NCBI GenBank assembly: GCA_951406725.2
Contig: OX597814.1
Coordinates: 141,298,001-141,362,000 of the forward strand
Direction: 5' to 3'
Source: Octopus vulgaris
Taxonomy: Eukaryota
Length of the DNA: 64,000 nucleotides
A program made the position numbers and the translations under genes. Below are positions 1 through 14,259 of this stretch, piece by piece. The number at the start of each line of letters is the position of its first letter. The stretch's first letter is position 1. The notes under the pieces were generated by a model, which was given only the letters and a program-made list of their open reading frames with translations, had not been told where the DNA came from and did not search any database.

Positions 1-317
1 TGAAGAAGGAAGACAAAAAAAAAATAAATACAACACTCTAATGTACGAAATAGCCCGGCTATGGTAAATGAAAAAGGCGGAGACAGTGCCAAGTATTATT
101 GGGTCCTTGTGAACAGTATCAGAAGGCATAAAGGGGAATATAAAGGAAATTGGAACAGAGTGCCCAGGAGAACTGTTACAAAAGGTTTGCCTCATTGGCA
201 CGGCCAGAATAATCAGAAAAGTATTAAATAGGTGAAAAGAAAGAATAGTATGGTACTGGATGCAGGTAGCAAGCCTGCAAGACTCCGGGAGCTCCAACAA
301 AACCTGTGATAAAAAGA

Positions 318-318
<1 letters not shown>
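1..318 (+). mobile_element. 3' end of R4/Dong-like RLE non-LTR retrotransposon (degenerate), followed by (AAT)n
   Basis: Manual translation gives KYNTLMYEIARLW*MKKAETVPSIIGSL*TVSEGIKGNIKEIGTECPGELLQKVCLIGTARIIRKVLNR* (ends ~235), the typical C-terminus of an RLE domain. A short 3' UTR runs into (AAT)n at 319-393, the known Dong target. Confidence 0.8.
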
Positions 319-386
<68 letters not shown>

Positions 387-594
387 TAATAATAGTGAGA
401 ACTGTTGCTGCTCATGTATTTTAATTTAACTTTAAAAAAAAAAAAAAAAAAAATGAACGAACTACTGAGTTTGGTTTAATGGCCTACCAATATATACTAT
501 GAGTTTCTTTGCCCTAGGAGTCGGGAAGACACTCGGCAAGAAATGGAAGAAAATAAATAAAAAAAAAAAAAATAATAATAATAATAATAATCCT

Positions 595-771
595 TCCTGC
601 TAAAAGAAATTTTTTGGAAGGGGGCTAGTCGATTACATCGACCCCAGTGTTTCATTGGTACTTAATTTATCGACTTCGAAAGGTTAAAAGGCAAAGTCGA
701 TCCCGGCGGAAATTGAATTCAGAACTTAAGAAATGCCGCTGAGAATTTTTCCCGGCGTGCTAACGATTCTA
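595..771 (-). mobile_element. tRNA-derived SINE family A (Nin/Deu-like domain)
   Basis: Reverse complement matches the family A copy at 25782-26015. Confidence 0.8.
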
Positions 772-877
772 CTAGGTCATAGTGTATGTGTTTGTTACTG
801 GTATAAGGCCTCACCCAATATACAACAGAAATAATTATCATCATCATCAAAGTTTGGCATTTACATCGAAGTTTTAG

Positions 878-1035
878 GAATTCTAAAAACAGAATTCGAT
901 GTTTCACTTCCAAGATTTCAACCAGAACTAACAGAGGTAATTTTGCTTTTGCGTATTCGTTCAGCGAAACTGATGTAGGAGGAATTACTGCGAAGACAGC
1001 AGCAGCTATGATCAACTTAAATTCTATAGATGTAG
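878..1035 (+). other. possible coding exon of an unidentified host gene
   Basis: gttttag| acceptor and g|gtaagt donor enclose an open frame NSKNRIRCFTSKISTRTNRGNFAFAYSFSETDVGGITAKTAAAMINLNSIDV. No homology recognised. Confidence 0.25.
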
Positions 1036-1573
1036 GTAAGTTAATTAATGCTACAAAGCGATATGGAATTAAAACGAAGACACCTAGATTCCAACTTTCT
1101 GAAATTAGTTTCAGTTAAGAAATACTCAAATATTTAAAAAAACATAAAAGCTATAAGTTATTTTTGAAGACATGTTTACCTTCCACTAAATTTGTAAAGC
1201 ATTGTTCTATTACATGAATATAACGAAATTTAAACCAAGAAATGTTTTAACAAACGAACACCTAGAAAATTGTTTACCATCAATCGTTGTGAAATTATAT
1301 ACCATAATACAAATATTTAACTATTTGCAATGTATATGTGCACGTGATTGATTTCTTTGAATCCATCATTTTCTTTTTTTTTTCTATTCTTTCGAATAAA
1401 TACATTCAAAATAAATTATTGATGTATAATAGAGACACACTGCTGATTCCCAAACGGTTAATTAAAATGGTGGTAATTGACTATTAATGTCGGTTTCTTG
1501 AATTCATTATATAGAGTTTAAATTCTTCGATTCCTTTTTAACAAGAATAATTTTTATTTTGTTGCAACTCTCA

Positions 1574-2360
1574 AGGGTCATAACGCAGGTAATAAGCACA
1601 CGCGCCGGTTTAGTTTCACTTTATCACCCGTCAATTTATTAGTTACTAGCAGTATCGCCCGGCGTTGCTCGGGTTTGTAAGGGAAATAGCTATATAAGCA
1701 TTTTTAGAGATGTAAAGTATAATAGCCATCTCAATATGTCTAACCACAAATGGGGGGAGGGGGTGTTACTGTAGCTTTTCACGTTCTGAGATTTAATAAT
1801 AAATTTTTAGAGAGTTACTTCCCTTATATAGGCCAAAAATGCATTAAAAATGGGAAAAATTGATGGTAATTTTTTTTAAAATCGTAGACTCATCGTAGAC
1901 GCGCGCTAATACCCAGAAGGGCTCGATATGGATCACGACTATAAGATATCCGGTTTTGGTTAAACTGCACCGCAAAATGTGGGAGTAGTTAGGAATCTAA
2001 ATCGTAGGAGACAGACAGCACACAACCTCCCTTTTATATATAAAGATTTAACCAAGTAACTAATCGATTGCTTGCTTATTCAGTCTGTTAATCAGTCAAT
2101 CAGTTGTTTGTAAAAGTCCTTTCGTTGCCATTCGCGATCTCATTAATGACATACCTTTTCTAATCTAGTTCAGCTTTTAGATCTATCTCAGATTAGATGA
2201 GGTCGCGAATTGCGACGAAAGGATTTTGGCAAACAATTGGTTGATTAACCAAGTGATTAATCAAACAATCGATTAGTTAGTTGTTTGAATAACTAATCAA
2301 TTGACTAATAATAAAGAGAAATTGAATCAGTGCGTGTGTTTATAATTGCATAATGACCCT
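1574..2360. mobile_element. foldback/palindromic MITE-like element (~390 bp) interrupted by a Helitron
   Basis: agggtcataacgca...taactaatcgattg...cctttcgttgccattcgcgatctcat is mirrored by atgaggtcgcgaattgcgacgaaagg...caatcgattagtta...tgcataatgaccct. Confidence 0.65.
1646..2046 (-). mobile_element. non-autonomous Helitron
   Basis: On the minus strand: 5' TC(tttatatataaaag), subterminal hairpin cccgagcaacgccggg, 3' CTAG. Inserted between A and T with no TSD. Confidence 0.8.
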
Positions 2361-2896
2361 CCTGCGATACAACGAAATCTGCTTCAACACAAGATTTCAC
2401 ATCGAGAATTTTGCAAACCAAATACAAAAACGAAATAATTTTTATGCTAGTGAAATAACAACTACAAAAAAACAAACAAACAAAAACAAAAACAAAACCC
2501 CAAACAAACCAAACGTTTCAATATTTGTTCAGGATGGAAAACTTATATCATCTCTTGCTGTGTTTTCGTAGCTAAGCTGAGGCTTGGATTTAAATAGTCT
2601 CAAATCGAGCTTTTCATTGGGTAGATTTTCAAGAATAAACATTAGTTTATTTAACTTCAACGATGTTATTAAAAATACTACAAAATATTGGGTCCTATAA
2701 AGAAATTCTATTTAAAGTAGCCGTGCACTATAGTAAACAGATGTTGCAGTGTGAGTGTTTGCTAAACTGATATCAATGAAAATACTTGAGCAAATGTAAT
2801 AAGATATCACCATAACAGCAACGGACACCATAATAATTGCTAACTACAGTTTGCACGCCATTATTCATTATAATTTTTATAATTCGTTCTCGTGGT

Positions 2897-2963
2897 GGCT
2901 TCGTAGCTCAGTTGTTTGAAAGGTCACTTTAGTATGCTGAAAATCAAAAGTTCGAAACCTTCC
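2897..2963 (+). pseudogene. highly degenerate tRNA-like sequence (Thr-AGT-like)
   Basis: ggcttcgtagctcagttg A-box, ttAGTat loop and agttcgaaacc B-box; stems are broken. Confidence 0.3.
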
Positions 2964-3770
2964 TAACAATCGTGAACCCAATACTCCTAACCACAAAGCC
3001 ACGCGTCATCGAGTAACGAGGACGCCACAAAGCCCGAGGATCTAATCTTCGTTATAATGATCACGAGCCTAACAACTCACAACCACAAGACCACGAACCT
3101 TCATCCCTGTAGATATAGGAGGCAAGAAATAGTTTCCTCTTGGAAAAAACAAATCCAAGCAAACATGTGATCAAAGACATTCCTATAAAATAACGTTCCA
3201 TCTTCCATTTAAACCAGACATGGGCAATCTTGTTCGAGAAGCGGGCCACAAGAGATTTAGCTCGTCACTAGGCGAGCCGGACTATTAAAATAATTTATGA
3301 TATTTTTTCGTTAGGCGCGCTATTCAGAAATACCTGAGGGCTGCAGTTCTTCTGCGACTGACTTACACAATACATATAGGAACACATTTTGTCGAATTAC
3401 ATGTTCTTCTTTAACACTATAATTTAAGATGTGACAGAGATTTGGCTGTTAATTCTAACAGATCGATTGACCACTCGTAGTAGTATTTCAGAATAGGAAC
3501 TTACTGCATTAACAATAATCAGATAATATATTTGATCGAATCCGAAAATACGAAAGGTAAAGATTGCTTCAAATATAGAGACAGAATAAGAATAACGGTT
3601 AATATCTGCAGAAAAGTTTCATGTCCCATCAAGGTCAGTTTTGACGCTTGCCTTTCAAATTTCTGAAATATCCTTATGTACCTTCTACCAAATTTTAGGT
3701 GATACTCTCATGAAAAAATTTGTATCAATGTCACTTATTTTAGGCGGGGAAAAAATCTATTGAGCCACGA

Positions 3771-3843
3771 GGCTCCTGAATGATTCGAACCTTCGATCTC
3801 CAGTTTACTAGACTGGAGCTGTAACCAACTGATCTATGGAGTC
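3771..3843 (-). pseudogene. tRNA-Thr(AGT), probably a pseudogene
   Basis: GACTCCATAGATCAGTTGGTTACAGCTCCAGTCT-AGT-AAACTGGAGATCGAAGGTTCGAATCATTCAGGAGCC. Perfect anticodon arm, A/B boxes and a downstream T-run; mismatches in the acceptor, D and T stems. Confidence 0.75.
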
Positions 3844-4140
3844 ATACAAGAGAGGTTATTTATAATATTTGATATGATGTTGACAGCTATAACATAAAGC
3901 AATATTCTATCTGATGTTCAAACTATCAAAAACTGATAAGGGAAAATATGTTTAATGACAACAAACAAATAAAAACAGTAGGTTTAGGACTGACAAAGAA
4001 GAATAAATGTCATGAACGGGATAATTCCACTGAACGATAAGAGCAGTGGGTTAAGGGATGAAAGAGAAGGATAAGCCTCGTGTGTTAATTGCTGGAATCA
4101 AAATGGGTTTCTAAAGGTAATATAGGCAGTGAACAAGATA

Positions 4141-4305
4141 TCGAGCTGGCAGATTCGTTAGCACTCCGGGCAAACTCCTTAGCGGCATTTCGTCCGTCTT
4201 TACTTCCTGAGTTCAAATTTCGCCGAGGTCGAATTTGCCTTTCATCCTTTCGTTGTCGATAAAATAAGTACCAGTTGATTACTGGTAAGTCGATCCCATC
4301 AACTT
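4141..4305 (+). mobile_element. SINE family A (partial)
   Basis: cgagctggcagattcgttagcac...gaggtcgaatttgcctttcatcctttcg matches family A. Confidence 0.75.
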
Positions 4306-4379
4306 ACCTTCTACTCTGACCCTTAAACTTATTCTATATTTCCTCTATCCCCTCTCCGTCAATCTAAAAAGAAAAAAAA

Positions 4380-5075
4380 ACCCTTGTGTGACTTGATGTC
4401 GGTACCTTTAAATTCTTACGTTCTCTATACTTCATTTACCCTTGTATCGCTTAGTATGCTATCTTGTAAAACCGTCCCATCAAGACCAAGTTCATATTAC
4501 CAACCACTTCGACTGAATCTCTACCAACTTTATTTACTGTATCCTATGAAAACTCGCAAATCTCCGGTTGTCATCTAGTTGATGGTTGGTATCTAGTTGA
4601 TGGCATTGCGATTACTAGATCGATGTTTGTAACAACACACACTCTCCAAACCCATAGTCGGACATTTAGATTCACCAAGTCACTTCTTTGTTTCCTTTTT
4701 ATTTTCTGGAGTCACATTACATCCTTCTCCGCGTTACTCTCACCAGCACTAGGAATATTCTTGCCCTAAGACATTGATGAATGTTTCATATTCTCAAAAC
4801 TCAACCACATTCTTTTTAATATGCTTGAATTTGGCAAACTCCTATTATATTATATATTAGCTTTACTTTTTCTGTCCTTAACTCTTTTCTTCGCTTTTAA
4901 ATTTGTTCCTGCTGACCATAGTTTAGTTCTCTTCCTGATCTTTAGCACTTACCTTCCTCATTTTCTAATATGCTACAATTCCTGTTGGTTATCTCTCCCT
5001 TTGTTCGCTGATCCTCTGCCAACACGCAACTCGCATTGAATGAAATTCCTTTCTACCCTACCATTTATTCCTTAC

Positions 5076-5124
<49 letters not shown>

Positions 5125-5240
5125 TCTCTCATTACTCCCATTGTATATATTTGGTATCATAAAAATAAAGCAATACTCTCCTACGAAGAGTCGATGCCTG
5201 AAGTTTTAGATTTTCTCCTTCTTCATGGTAAACGAATTTA
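4380..5240 (+). pseudogene. ancient PLE 3' relic (GIY-YIG end + pyrimidine-rich 3' UTR)
   Basis: HFD*ISTNFIYCIL*K and KPIVGHLDSPSH align by eye with FTCTSSNVIYCIS and TPVSRHFCSTSH of the PLE at 21594-21930. Confidence 0.45.
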
Positions 5241-6293
5241 TGCCACTTTTGAAATGTTTCTGAGAAATTAGTTATATCATTTCATTAAGGCCTACTGAGC
5301 GCCATAAACTATAAGAAATATTTTGGTGGTGAATAAGAACACACAATGTTTTATATTCATACATGAATTACTTTGGCTGTTAGTTGTTAACTATATTATA
5401 CAATTCTGAAGGGGTTAAAGGCTCTCATTAGCTCATCGACAGGAGTTTTCAAATGAGGAAAAAAATTAATTTAGTTTCGTTTCTTGTTTACAAACTTACT
5501 GATTCACTACAGAAAAGTCAACAATCAAACTGAATAAAGAGGGAAGTTCCTGGTAACGAAGCCAGAATGTGTATATAAGAGCGACATTATTGGAAAAGCT
5601 GGTAATTGGAAGAAATTACCACCTTCCGGCATCACTCAGTGAAATACAATATTTACATAATTCTTCACGGAGCTCTATTTCTCTCTCAACTATTTCTCGT
5701 GTTTTATGCAATGCATCTCATTCAGCATTTCACTTCCAATATTAAAATTCCCCAAAGGAAATAGTCATTGCTGATTTGGTTAAATGTACGAAATGCACCT
5801 TTCAAGAAAGAAAACACTTCCTTTCACCGCTCTATTGAATATGGACGTAATCTAATAGAAGATTTATAGTTATTTTATTCTTGTCTGCCTTTAGCGATAT
5901 TCGTGAAATTAACCAGACAAAATATGTTAATATTTGCAACAATATTGCTTGATTCATTTAAATGGATAAAACATGGTAAATTTCATATAAAAACAACAAA
6001 TTTTCCATGAAATTGATCCTATGATTACAACAGTCGCAGGCATGTGGTTAAGAAGTGCTCTTCAGGACTTCATAATCCTGGGTTCGATCCCGCTACGCGC
6101 CACATTGCGCAAGTATTATTCGCAAAAGACTTAAGACGACCAACGCTTTGGGAGTGAAATTCGGTTGACAGAAAGTGTATGGAAACATGTTATATGTTTG
6201 TTTGGTATATATATATTTTATTAATATACATATAAACTCTGTCTTTACTATGCATCGAACTGAACGTGTTTTGATTTTCGCTATTTAACTGCT

Positions 6294-6380
6294 ATATACA
6301 TACATACATACATACATACATACATACATACATACATACATACATACATACATACATACATACATACATACATACATACA

Positions 6381-6412
<32 letters not shown>

Positions 6413-6425
6413 CATATATATATAT
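6294..6425. repeat. (TACA)n/(TA)n microsatellite
   Basis: Direct reading of the sequence. Confidence 0.95.
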
Positions 6426-6571
6426 AGTTAATCCAAACAAGAAAGCACAAAAAAACACAACGCGAGGACGTGGAAAGAAGGAAAGAAGGAGGGTTTAACG
6501 TTTCGAGCGGAGCTCTTCGTCGGAAACATAGGAGAAGGAAAGATCCAGAGAAGGGAAGACAGAGGAAAAAA
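6426..6571 (-). mobile_element. PLE terminal-repeat (pLTR) fragment with minimal hammerhead
   Basis: Near-identical copy at 59123-59350; both sit in (TA)n and contain the motif at 6493-6527. Confidence 0.65.
6493..6527 (-). ncRNA. minimal type I hammerhead ribozyme-like motif (variant core CCGACGA)
   Basis: gttt-CCGACGA-a-gagc(tcc)gctc-GAAAC-GTT-aaac: stem I gttt/aaac, stem II gagc/gctc, palindromic ACGT stem III. Confidence 0.6.
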
Positions 6572-6606
6572 TATATATACATACACAAACATATATATCT
6601 ATATAC

Positions 6607-6637
<31 letters not shown>

Positions 6638-6642
6638 CATAT

Positions 6643-7212
6643 ATACAAAATAAGAAAATGGAGAATTACATCTAAATCAAATATCGATTACCAGATAATA
6701 CTCAATCACATACTTTATTAAGCCACCATATGAGAAACTGTAAGGACAAACATAATGAAGTAGAACAAAATAGTGTACATAAAGGATGGCCGAAACAGCT
6801 GTAAGATGTAGTCTATATCTATACTTATATTTACTTATTTTTACATTATCTTATACATATTGTACTTACTGTATAACATTACTCCTTTATGTACACTCCT
6901 TTATGTACACTATTTTGTTCTACTTTATTATGTTTGTCCTTACAGTTTCTTATGTGGTGGCTTAATAAAGTATGTGATTGAGTATTATCTGGTAATCGAT
7001 ATTTGATTTAGATGTAATTCTCCATTTTCTTATTTTGTATTATGAATTTGTGGTAAAACATTTTACCTTTGCCCATATAATACAGTAAGTGAATTAATTG
7101 CATCACAATTATTAACATTTATGTATTAACTTTGATGGGTACTTAACTAGCGGTAAATTGGATATATGTTATCCCATGGAGGGTTGCATTTACAACCCCT
7201 ATCTCAATTTGT
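6643..7212. mobile_element. non-autonomous PLE-type insertion with inverted arms
   Basis: 6643-6787 is the reverse complement of ~6897-7040. The plus arm starts with a half-hammerhead ggcc-GAAAC-AGCT-GTA. Flanked by (TA)n. Confidence 0.65.
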
Positions 7213-7215
7213 AAA

Positions 7216-7656
<441 letters not shown>

Positions 7657-10600
7657 TCCAGATATTCACTGTTTCACCGTTGCAAAAACTAAAAGCACTT
7701 TCAAATCGTAGTTTCTGTATTATCTACTTTATTGGCTCGTGGGGATGCTATCTTAATGTACGGTGTATCTTGGGCATTAGAGTCTTGGTGGAACCTTATC
7801 TCTTTCCAGATATGGCCACAGTCAATTTTATCTACAAGGAGAGAAAGCGACAGAGATCATGGAATGAGCTACGGGAAAAGAAATGAGAAAATGTGAGGTG
7901 CATGTTTTGCCTTTATACACCAGCCACATAAATAAGAGTGGTTTCTTTCACCTTTAGGGAAACAAGAATGTACTTTTGCCTACCCCAGAACACTCGCTTA
8001 AACTACAAGCATAAAAACAGAAACAGAACTAGCAGTAACAAATTAACAGCAGCCCCTCCTAGTGATGGAAATTCTAAATAACTACAAAAGGAACCAAACA
8101 TTTTAAACAGGAGTAATACAATATTAGAAAACAGACTACACAAACTGTAAAATCTCTCAGGTGATAATGTAAAACAAATGTTTTAATCAGGTTTCTGCAT
8201 TTTTTAATCAATCCGTGATTAATTATTTCCTTTGTTTTACGCTTCTTTAATCTTTAATTAATTATCATAACTATCAAGTTGGTTGGTACAAAGAAGTGAT
8301 AAAAATAGTGTTCTAAAATAGATTAAACAGAAAGATTTCGGCTGGACTTAAGGAAGAATGTATTCTTGGGATGTTAATAGAGTAATGGTTATAAAACAAA
8401 TGTATAAAAAACATTTTGGAAGAAGCTTAATAAAGGAATAAATTTTAACAGAAAACGGATAACATGGTTACCTCCTTGAAGCACCATACGATACATCAAA
8501 TATTTAAGCCATTCCTATTGTAACTTTATTTCCCTAACCTTTTTCTTTTATAACACGTTTATTTTATTTAATATATTATTCCATTTGCGATATTAATATT
8601 GCCTGCAGGAACAAGTTGTGACTGATTTGATAAATGTACAGTGACTTTACTCAATGCACTTTTAAAGAAAGAAAAACTCGTACCTTTTCGGTTTTTCGAG
8701 TGTCAGCTTAACTAATGTAAAATTCGTTTCTTTTCGTTGTTTCTGCCTTCAGGAATAGTTGTGGAAATCACTCACCAAATTACTCTTGTTTCCATCAATG
8801 TAATTTTGGCACATCAATGTAATGTTTAATTGTTAATTTCCAGTTCAAAATGGAAAAAAAAAATTACATGCATTTTTGCACAAATTTATACTTTCGTATA
8901 CATCAGGAAGCTTTTAAAGACAACTGCTATAATTCAAAAACTGCTGAAACTCCCGTAGATTTACAACGTTGCTTAAAAATAACAGTAGAACAATTCAAAT
9001 CGTCAGAAAATGTGAGAAACAAGTAACTATTCGCTTTTTTTTAATGAGAAGATTATAAGGATAATTTTCTAATAATTTCTAATACTTATGCAAAGCCACA
9101 GATCAAGAAGGAAACAATAAATTTCATTAAGCCCAGGATTTCAGCAGCTCTTATCTTCATCGAACCTGAAAGGAAGAAAAGTAAATCAAACCACGTCGGT
9201 ATTTGAAATCATGGCTTAGAAATAAAGGTAACTAGATGCGATGGCATTTTGTCTTGTATTCTACTTGTTCAGCCAAGAAACAACCTTGTTTTGTGCAATA
9301 ACGATTTCAGAACGACATAATGACTGAGAGGGTGAAGAGGTGTCTAAAGGACAATGTTTTTTTTTACAGTAAAATATAAACCCAAAGAAACAAAAAAAAA
9401 CAACAATAAAAACCCCCAAACAGAACAACATTTAAAACTAGGTAGTGTGGAAAATCTGTACATCTACAGTTGAATCAGAAAAGGATGGCTAGCGCCAATA
9501 CACGACCAATTTCAGGGTCACCAAGACTTACAGAAGGAATTGAGTGGGAGTGAAATTACCCTTAGACCGGAAACCTGCTGTCAGCAGGGTGGACGTCACT
9601 AAAGACACCGAAAGTGGACAAAATATGCGTATCACTCCAAACAACTTTCGCTCACAAGGGTTTGGTGGACTTTAGCTTTGGTAGAAGAAACTTGCCTAAA
9701 GTGCAGTGCAGTGGGGTAGAACTAGAAACCATGTAGTTGTGAAGCGAATTTGTTAACTATACAATCATTCCTGCATCTTAAACATACACCAGCAATAATC
9801 TTCCGGTCGTTTTTCAGTTTAAGGGCTGAAGAGTTGGTAACAGTTCTGATAAAAAACGGTCAGTGTCTGGCCAGAAGTTACTCCACGAAAAGCTTTCTTC
9901 TTGATTTTGGTTCCTCCTCTGCAGCTGACCTTTACAACGGGCGTCTCTAAGCATCTATGTTTTGAACATAGAAGGGAAAAACACTCAAAATGTTAACAGA
10001 TCACAGAAAATATCAGATAAAACATGACCTGCAATTATTATAAATTAATTAAATAGCAGTCACAAAGAAACAAAAATTATCTTGCTTCAGAATGCTCAGT
10101 CAACGAAAATCAGATAAATGAACTGATGCAACAGAGTTGGTTGGGACAATGTTAATATTGTAAAAAATGACACAGAAAACTGAAAATATAAATGATAAAG
10201 ACACATACCATTAAGTGTTTGAAGATTAACAGAAGCATACAAAAATATATATTATAAATGATAGAAAAATATATATTATAAATGATAGAAAAATATATAT
10301 TATATAAAAATTATATAATACAAATATTAAAAATACATATTATATAAACAAATATATATTATAAATCAAAAATACTATATTATCCTACATATCCAAGCCT
10401 ATTCCCCATTTTAGGAGGGGTAGTCACAAGACACATACCAGGCATTCCATTCATTTCGCAGGTCATGGAATGGAATAATAAAAAAATATGAAATACATAT
10501 AAATATAATTATATATTATATAAAAATTATATATTTTAATATAAAATTATGTATTATTATAAAAACGATATATCATAAAAATGATATATTGTCATACATG

Positions 10601-12127
10601 TGAACAAACAGAAATGAGAAGCAAATCTGTTAGAAATAAATATTAAAGGTCACAAAAGTTTTAAAATGTCTTTTTATGGGTGTTTCGATTTCTGAATACA
10701 AGAAGAGTTTCCTGGAAGAACTGAAAAACTGTCGAAGAATTTCCTCTCATAAAAAGAATATGTATGAAAGTACAAATATTCTGAGTAATCTTTGATTCAC
10801 ATAGTCTAATAAAAAATATAGAAATGTATAAATTGGTAAGATACGAACTACCACCCTACCATCCCCACCACCATCTTTATCATCAGCTTAACGTACGAGT
10901 AAGAACAGTTTTAGGTACATTGCACACATTAAGCATAAATCTATTATTATTTCCATATATATATATATATATACACACACATACACAAACAGAACACCCA
11001 TGAAAGACGCACACAATATATGTGCTAACCCGTTTACACATGATGTACATAGATGCGCATTTCATTCGGTGATGGAGCGGATGCATGCAAACCTGTAATA
11101 CTGTAAATAACGATGATAAAAATAATAACAATGATAATGTAAAAAAGGAGAACAAAGTCATGGAGAAAAAAAAAAAAGAAATTGAGTTAGAAGGAAAGGA
11201 AACTTTCTCATGTTAGAAAAACTGCATTAATTGCAAACAACAATCAATATTTAGCAATAAATTGCTTCTAACTTCAGAGAAATGAACTGAATACCTTTTT
11301 TTGTGTTTTTTTATATATTTCTGCCCATAACATCTGCAGAGTTAATTAAAAATTCCAGGTTGGTTTTCTTTTCCTTCTGCCGGGAACAAATAACCTGCTG
11401 GATTGAAGGGAATCGATGCGGTAGAACAGTTTGCCGCTATTTTATCTTATTTTTTTTCGTGTACAAACCGAATTTTTGTAGCTATGTCATGTCATGGCGT
11501 ATGGGGTCGCTATGTTTAATAACTTGCTAAGAGATTTGCAATGTTTTTTTCAACCAATTTCAGAGAAAGATTCTGAATCGTCCCTTTCTTTTCCTTTTGT
11601 CTTCTTGTTTTTTTAATATTTACAATTCTTCCACTCGCAGTTTCTCTTACTCTTTCCCATTCTTGCTCACTCACACACAAATTTTCTCTCTTTCACCCTC
11701 CATCTCCTTTTTCCTAAAGTATTTACGCATTATATCGCAGTCATAGTTTATATCCTAGTTACAATTATATAATAGATTCGGAATTTTTCAACCCTATAAT
11801 ATACCATGAATTTACGTTATATCACGGTCTGATGTAATATCAGTAACGCGTAAGCTTTCATGCGTTATCAATCTCACGATATTTGACGAACTGATATTAT
11901 ATAATAGGATGCTGTATGAAAGTCTTGCGTGGAGTCACATCTCTCTTTCGTACATCCGTACTAATATAACGAGTTTATGACATTCTGTAGATTCCTGCTA
12001 GTTTCAAAGCTTTGTAAGTGGATTTGATAGACGGAAACTGAAAGAAGCTCGTCGTATATATATATATATTTGGCGTAGGAGTGGCTGTGTGGTGAGTAGC
12101 TTGCTTACGAACCACATGGTTCCTGTT

Positions 12128-12318
12128 TCAGCGTGACACAGAGTGTGACAAGGCCGGCCTTTTGAAATACAGGTACAACTCATTTTTGCCAGCTGAGTGG
12201 ACTGGAGCAACGTGAAATAAAGTGTCTTGCTCAAAGACACAACGCGTCGCTGGTAATTGAACTCACAACCTTACAATCGTGTGCCAAATGCCCTAACCAC
12301 TAAGCCACGCGTCTTCAC
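12128..12318 (-). mobile_element. SINE family C (tRNA head + Meta-like domain), partial
   Basis: Reverse complement of ...gcgtggcttagtggttagg...cacgttgctccagtccactcagctggc matches 24986-25253. Confidence 0.7.
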
Positions 12319-12527
12319 GCACCTACACATCATATCCACAAGATATCACACATCAGGTGGGAAGTGCAAGATCGAATAGGCTGGCGAGTGATTACTTGGG
12401 TTTTAGATTACTTGAGAATTTAAGGATTGTTTCGGATATGTTGCGTATTCTTCGAGATAATGAACGTTTCATTTTGCTTTTCTATTTTTTTTTTGAGGAA
12501 GTTAAAGATAAAACAAGAAAGTGAAAG

Positions 12528-12990
12528 AGGAGTGACTGTGTGGTAAGGAGCTTGCTTACTAATCACATGCTTTCGGGTTCAGTCCCACTGCGTAGCAATT
12601 TGGGCAAGTGTCTTCTGTTATAGCTTCGAGCCGACTAAAGCCTTGTGAGTGGATTTAGTTGATGGAAACTGAAAGAAGCCCGTCGCGGCCTTCGGGCAAA
12701 AACCTTTTTAAGGATTTAAGGATATATATATATGTGTGTGTGTTTGTGTATATGTGTGTGTGTGTGTGCATGTTTGTGTGTCTGTGTCCCCACCCCCAAC
12801 ATCATTTGATAACATTCACTGGTGTATTTTCGTCCCCGTAACTTAGCGGTTCGGCAAAAAAACTGATAGAATAAGTACTAGGCTTACAAAGAATAAGTCC
12901 TGGGGTAGATTCGTTCGACTAAAGGTGGTGCTCCAGCATGGCCACTGTCAAAATGACTGACTCAAATAAATAGAAAAATAAAAGAATAAT
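12528..12990 (+). mobile_element. SINE family B (tRNA head, CORE-like ttgggcaagtg, internal TG/TA repeat)
   Basis: Matches the 61365-61775 copy along its length. Confidence 0.8.
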
Positions 12991-13004
12991 AACAATGAAT
13001 AATA

Positions 13005-13335
13005 CTGGCATTCCGTCGGTTTTGAGGATAAGCATTCCGGTTGAACCGATCAACGGAACGACCTGCTCGTGAAATTAACGTGCAAGTGGCTGAGGACTCC
13101 ACAGACACGCGTAAACTTAAAGAAGTTCTTAGAGTGATTCAGTGTGATACAGCATGTGACAAAGCAGGCCCTTTTTGAATTATGGGTACTAATCATTTTT
13201 GCTAGCTGAGTGGACTGGAGCAACGTGAAATAAAATATCTTGCTGAGGGACACGATAACACCGCTGAGTATCGAATTCGCGATTGTAAAATCGCGAGTCG
13301 AACACCTCCTAACCACAAAGCCACACGACTTCATA
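13005..13335 (-). mobile_element. SINE family C variant
   Basis: Shares the head and the ctgagtggactggagcaacgtgaaat segment with 12128-12318. Confidence 0.65.
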
Positions 13336-14013
13336 ATCACAATAAAGGCACTACTAAATATGTATTCGGAGAAAGTATCCACAAGTAGCCATAAATATGT
13401 ATAAAACTTTTAAACATTATGCAACAATATCCTTCCCAACAGATAAGACCTTTTTATATCTTTCCCAGTAATTTTTCATTTTATTTTTATATTTGTTCTT
13501 TATTTTCTGTATGCTAAATCTACTCCTTTTGCTCAACGTCGATATTTTAAACAAATAAATGCATAAACTTGAACACTATACAACAGATATAACACAATCC
13601 ACTATTTCAAATCTTTAGATTCCCAAGTAATCCATAACAATTTCGCTCAATAATTACATTAAAATTTTTCCCGCTCGTTAAACTTTTTCGATTTAACTTT
13701 TAACCCCTTAAATTTCGTATTTTAAATTAGTTATATTTTGAATTTAAATTTTACGTTATCAATATTCCAGCATTTTTATAGTTTAAAATTTCCTTTCGCT
13801 AAAAATTGAATGCTTAAATTCTCAACAGAGCGGACAGAGACACGTTTTAATGAGATCCACGCACGCAAACGCTAAAAGATGGCAAAGTGACTTCAACAGA
13901 TCATAAACACTCCAATATAATTTACATCAAAAATACATTTCAAAACAAATACCTCAGACCTCCACGTACAACAACCACTCCCGTCTTAATGGTTTCATGA
14001 AGTTCTTTTGAAC

Positions 14014-14015
<2 letters not shown>

Positions 14016-14052
<37 letters not shown>

Positions 14053-14192
14053 CTATATATGTATATTTGTATGTATATATTTATGAGTATGTATACGTAT
14101 GTATATAAATACTTACACATGTGTATATGTGTATATCTATCTATCTAGCTATCTATCTATCTATCTGTCTGTCTGTCTATCTATCTACCTAT

Positions 14193-14259
<67 letters not shown>

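Noticed and set aside
9520-9960. Possible minus-strand exons
   Set aside because: Short frames with no recognisable homology; splice signals are not distinguishable from chance.
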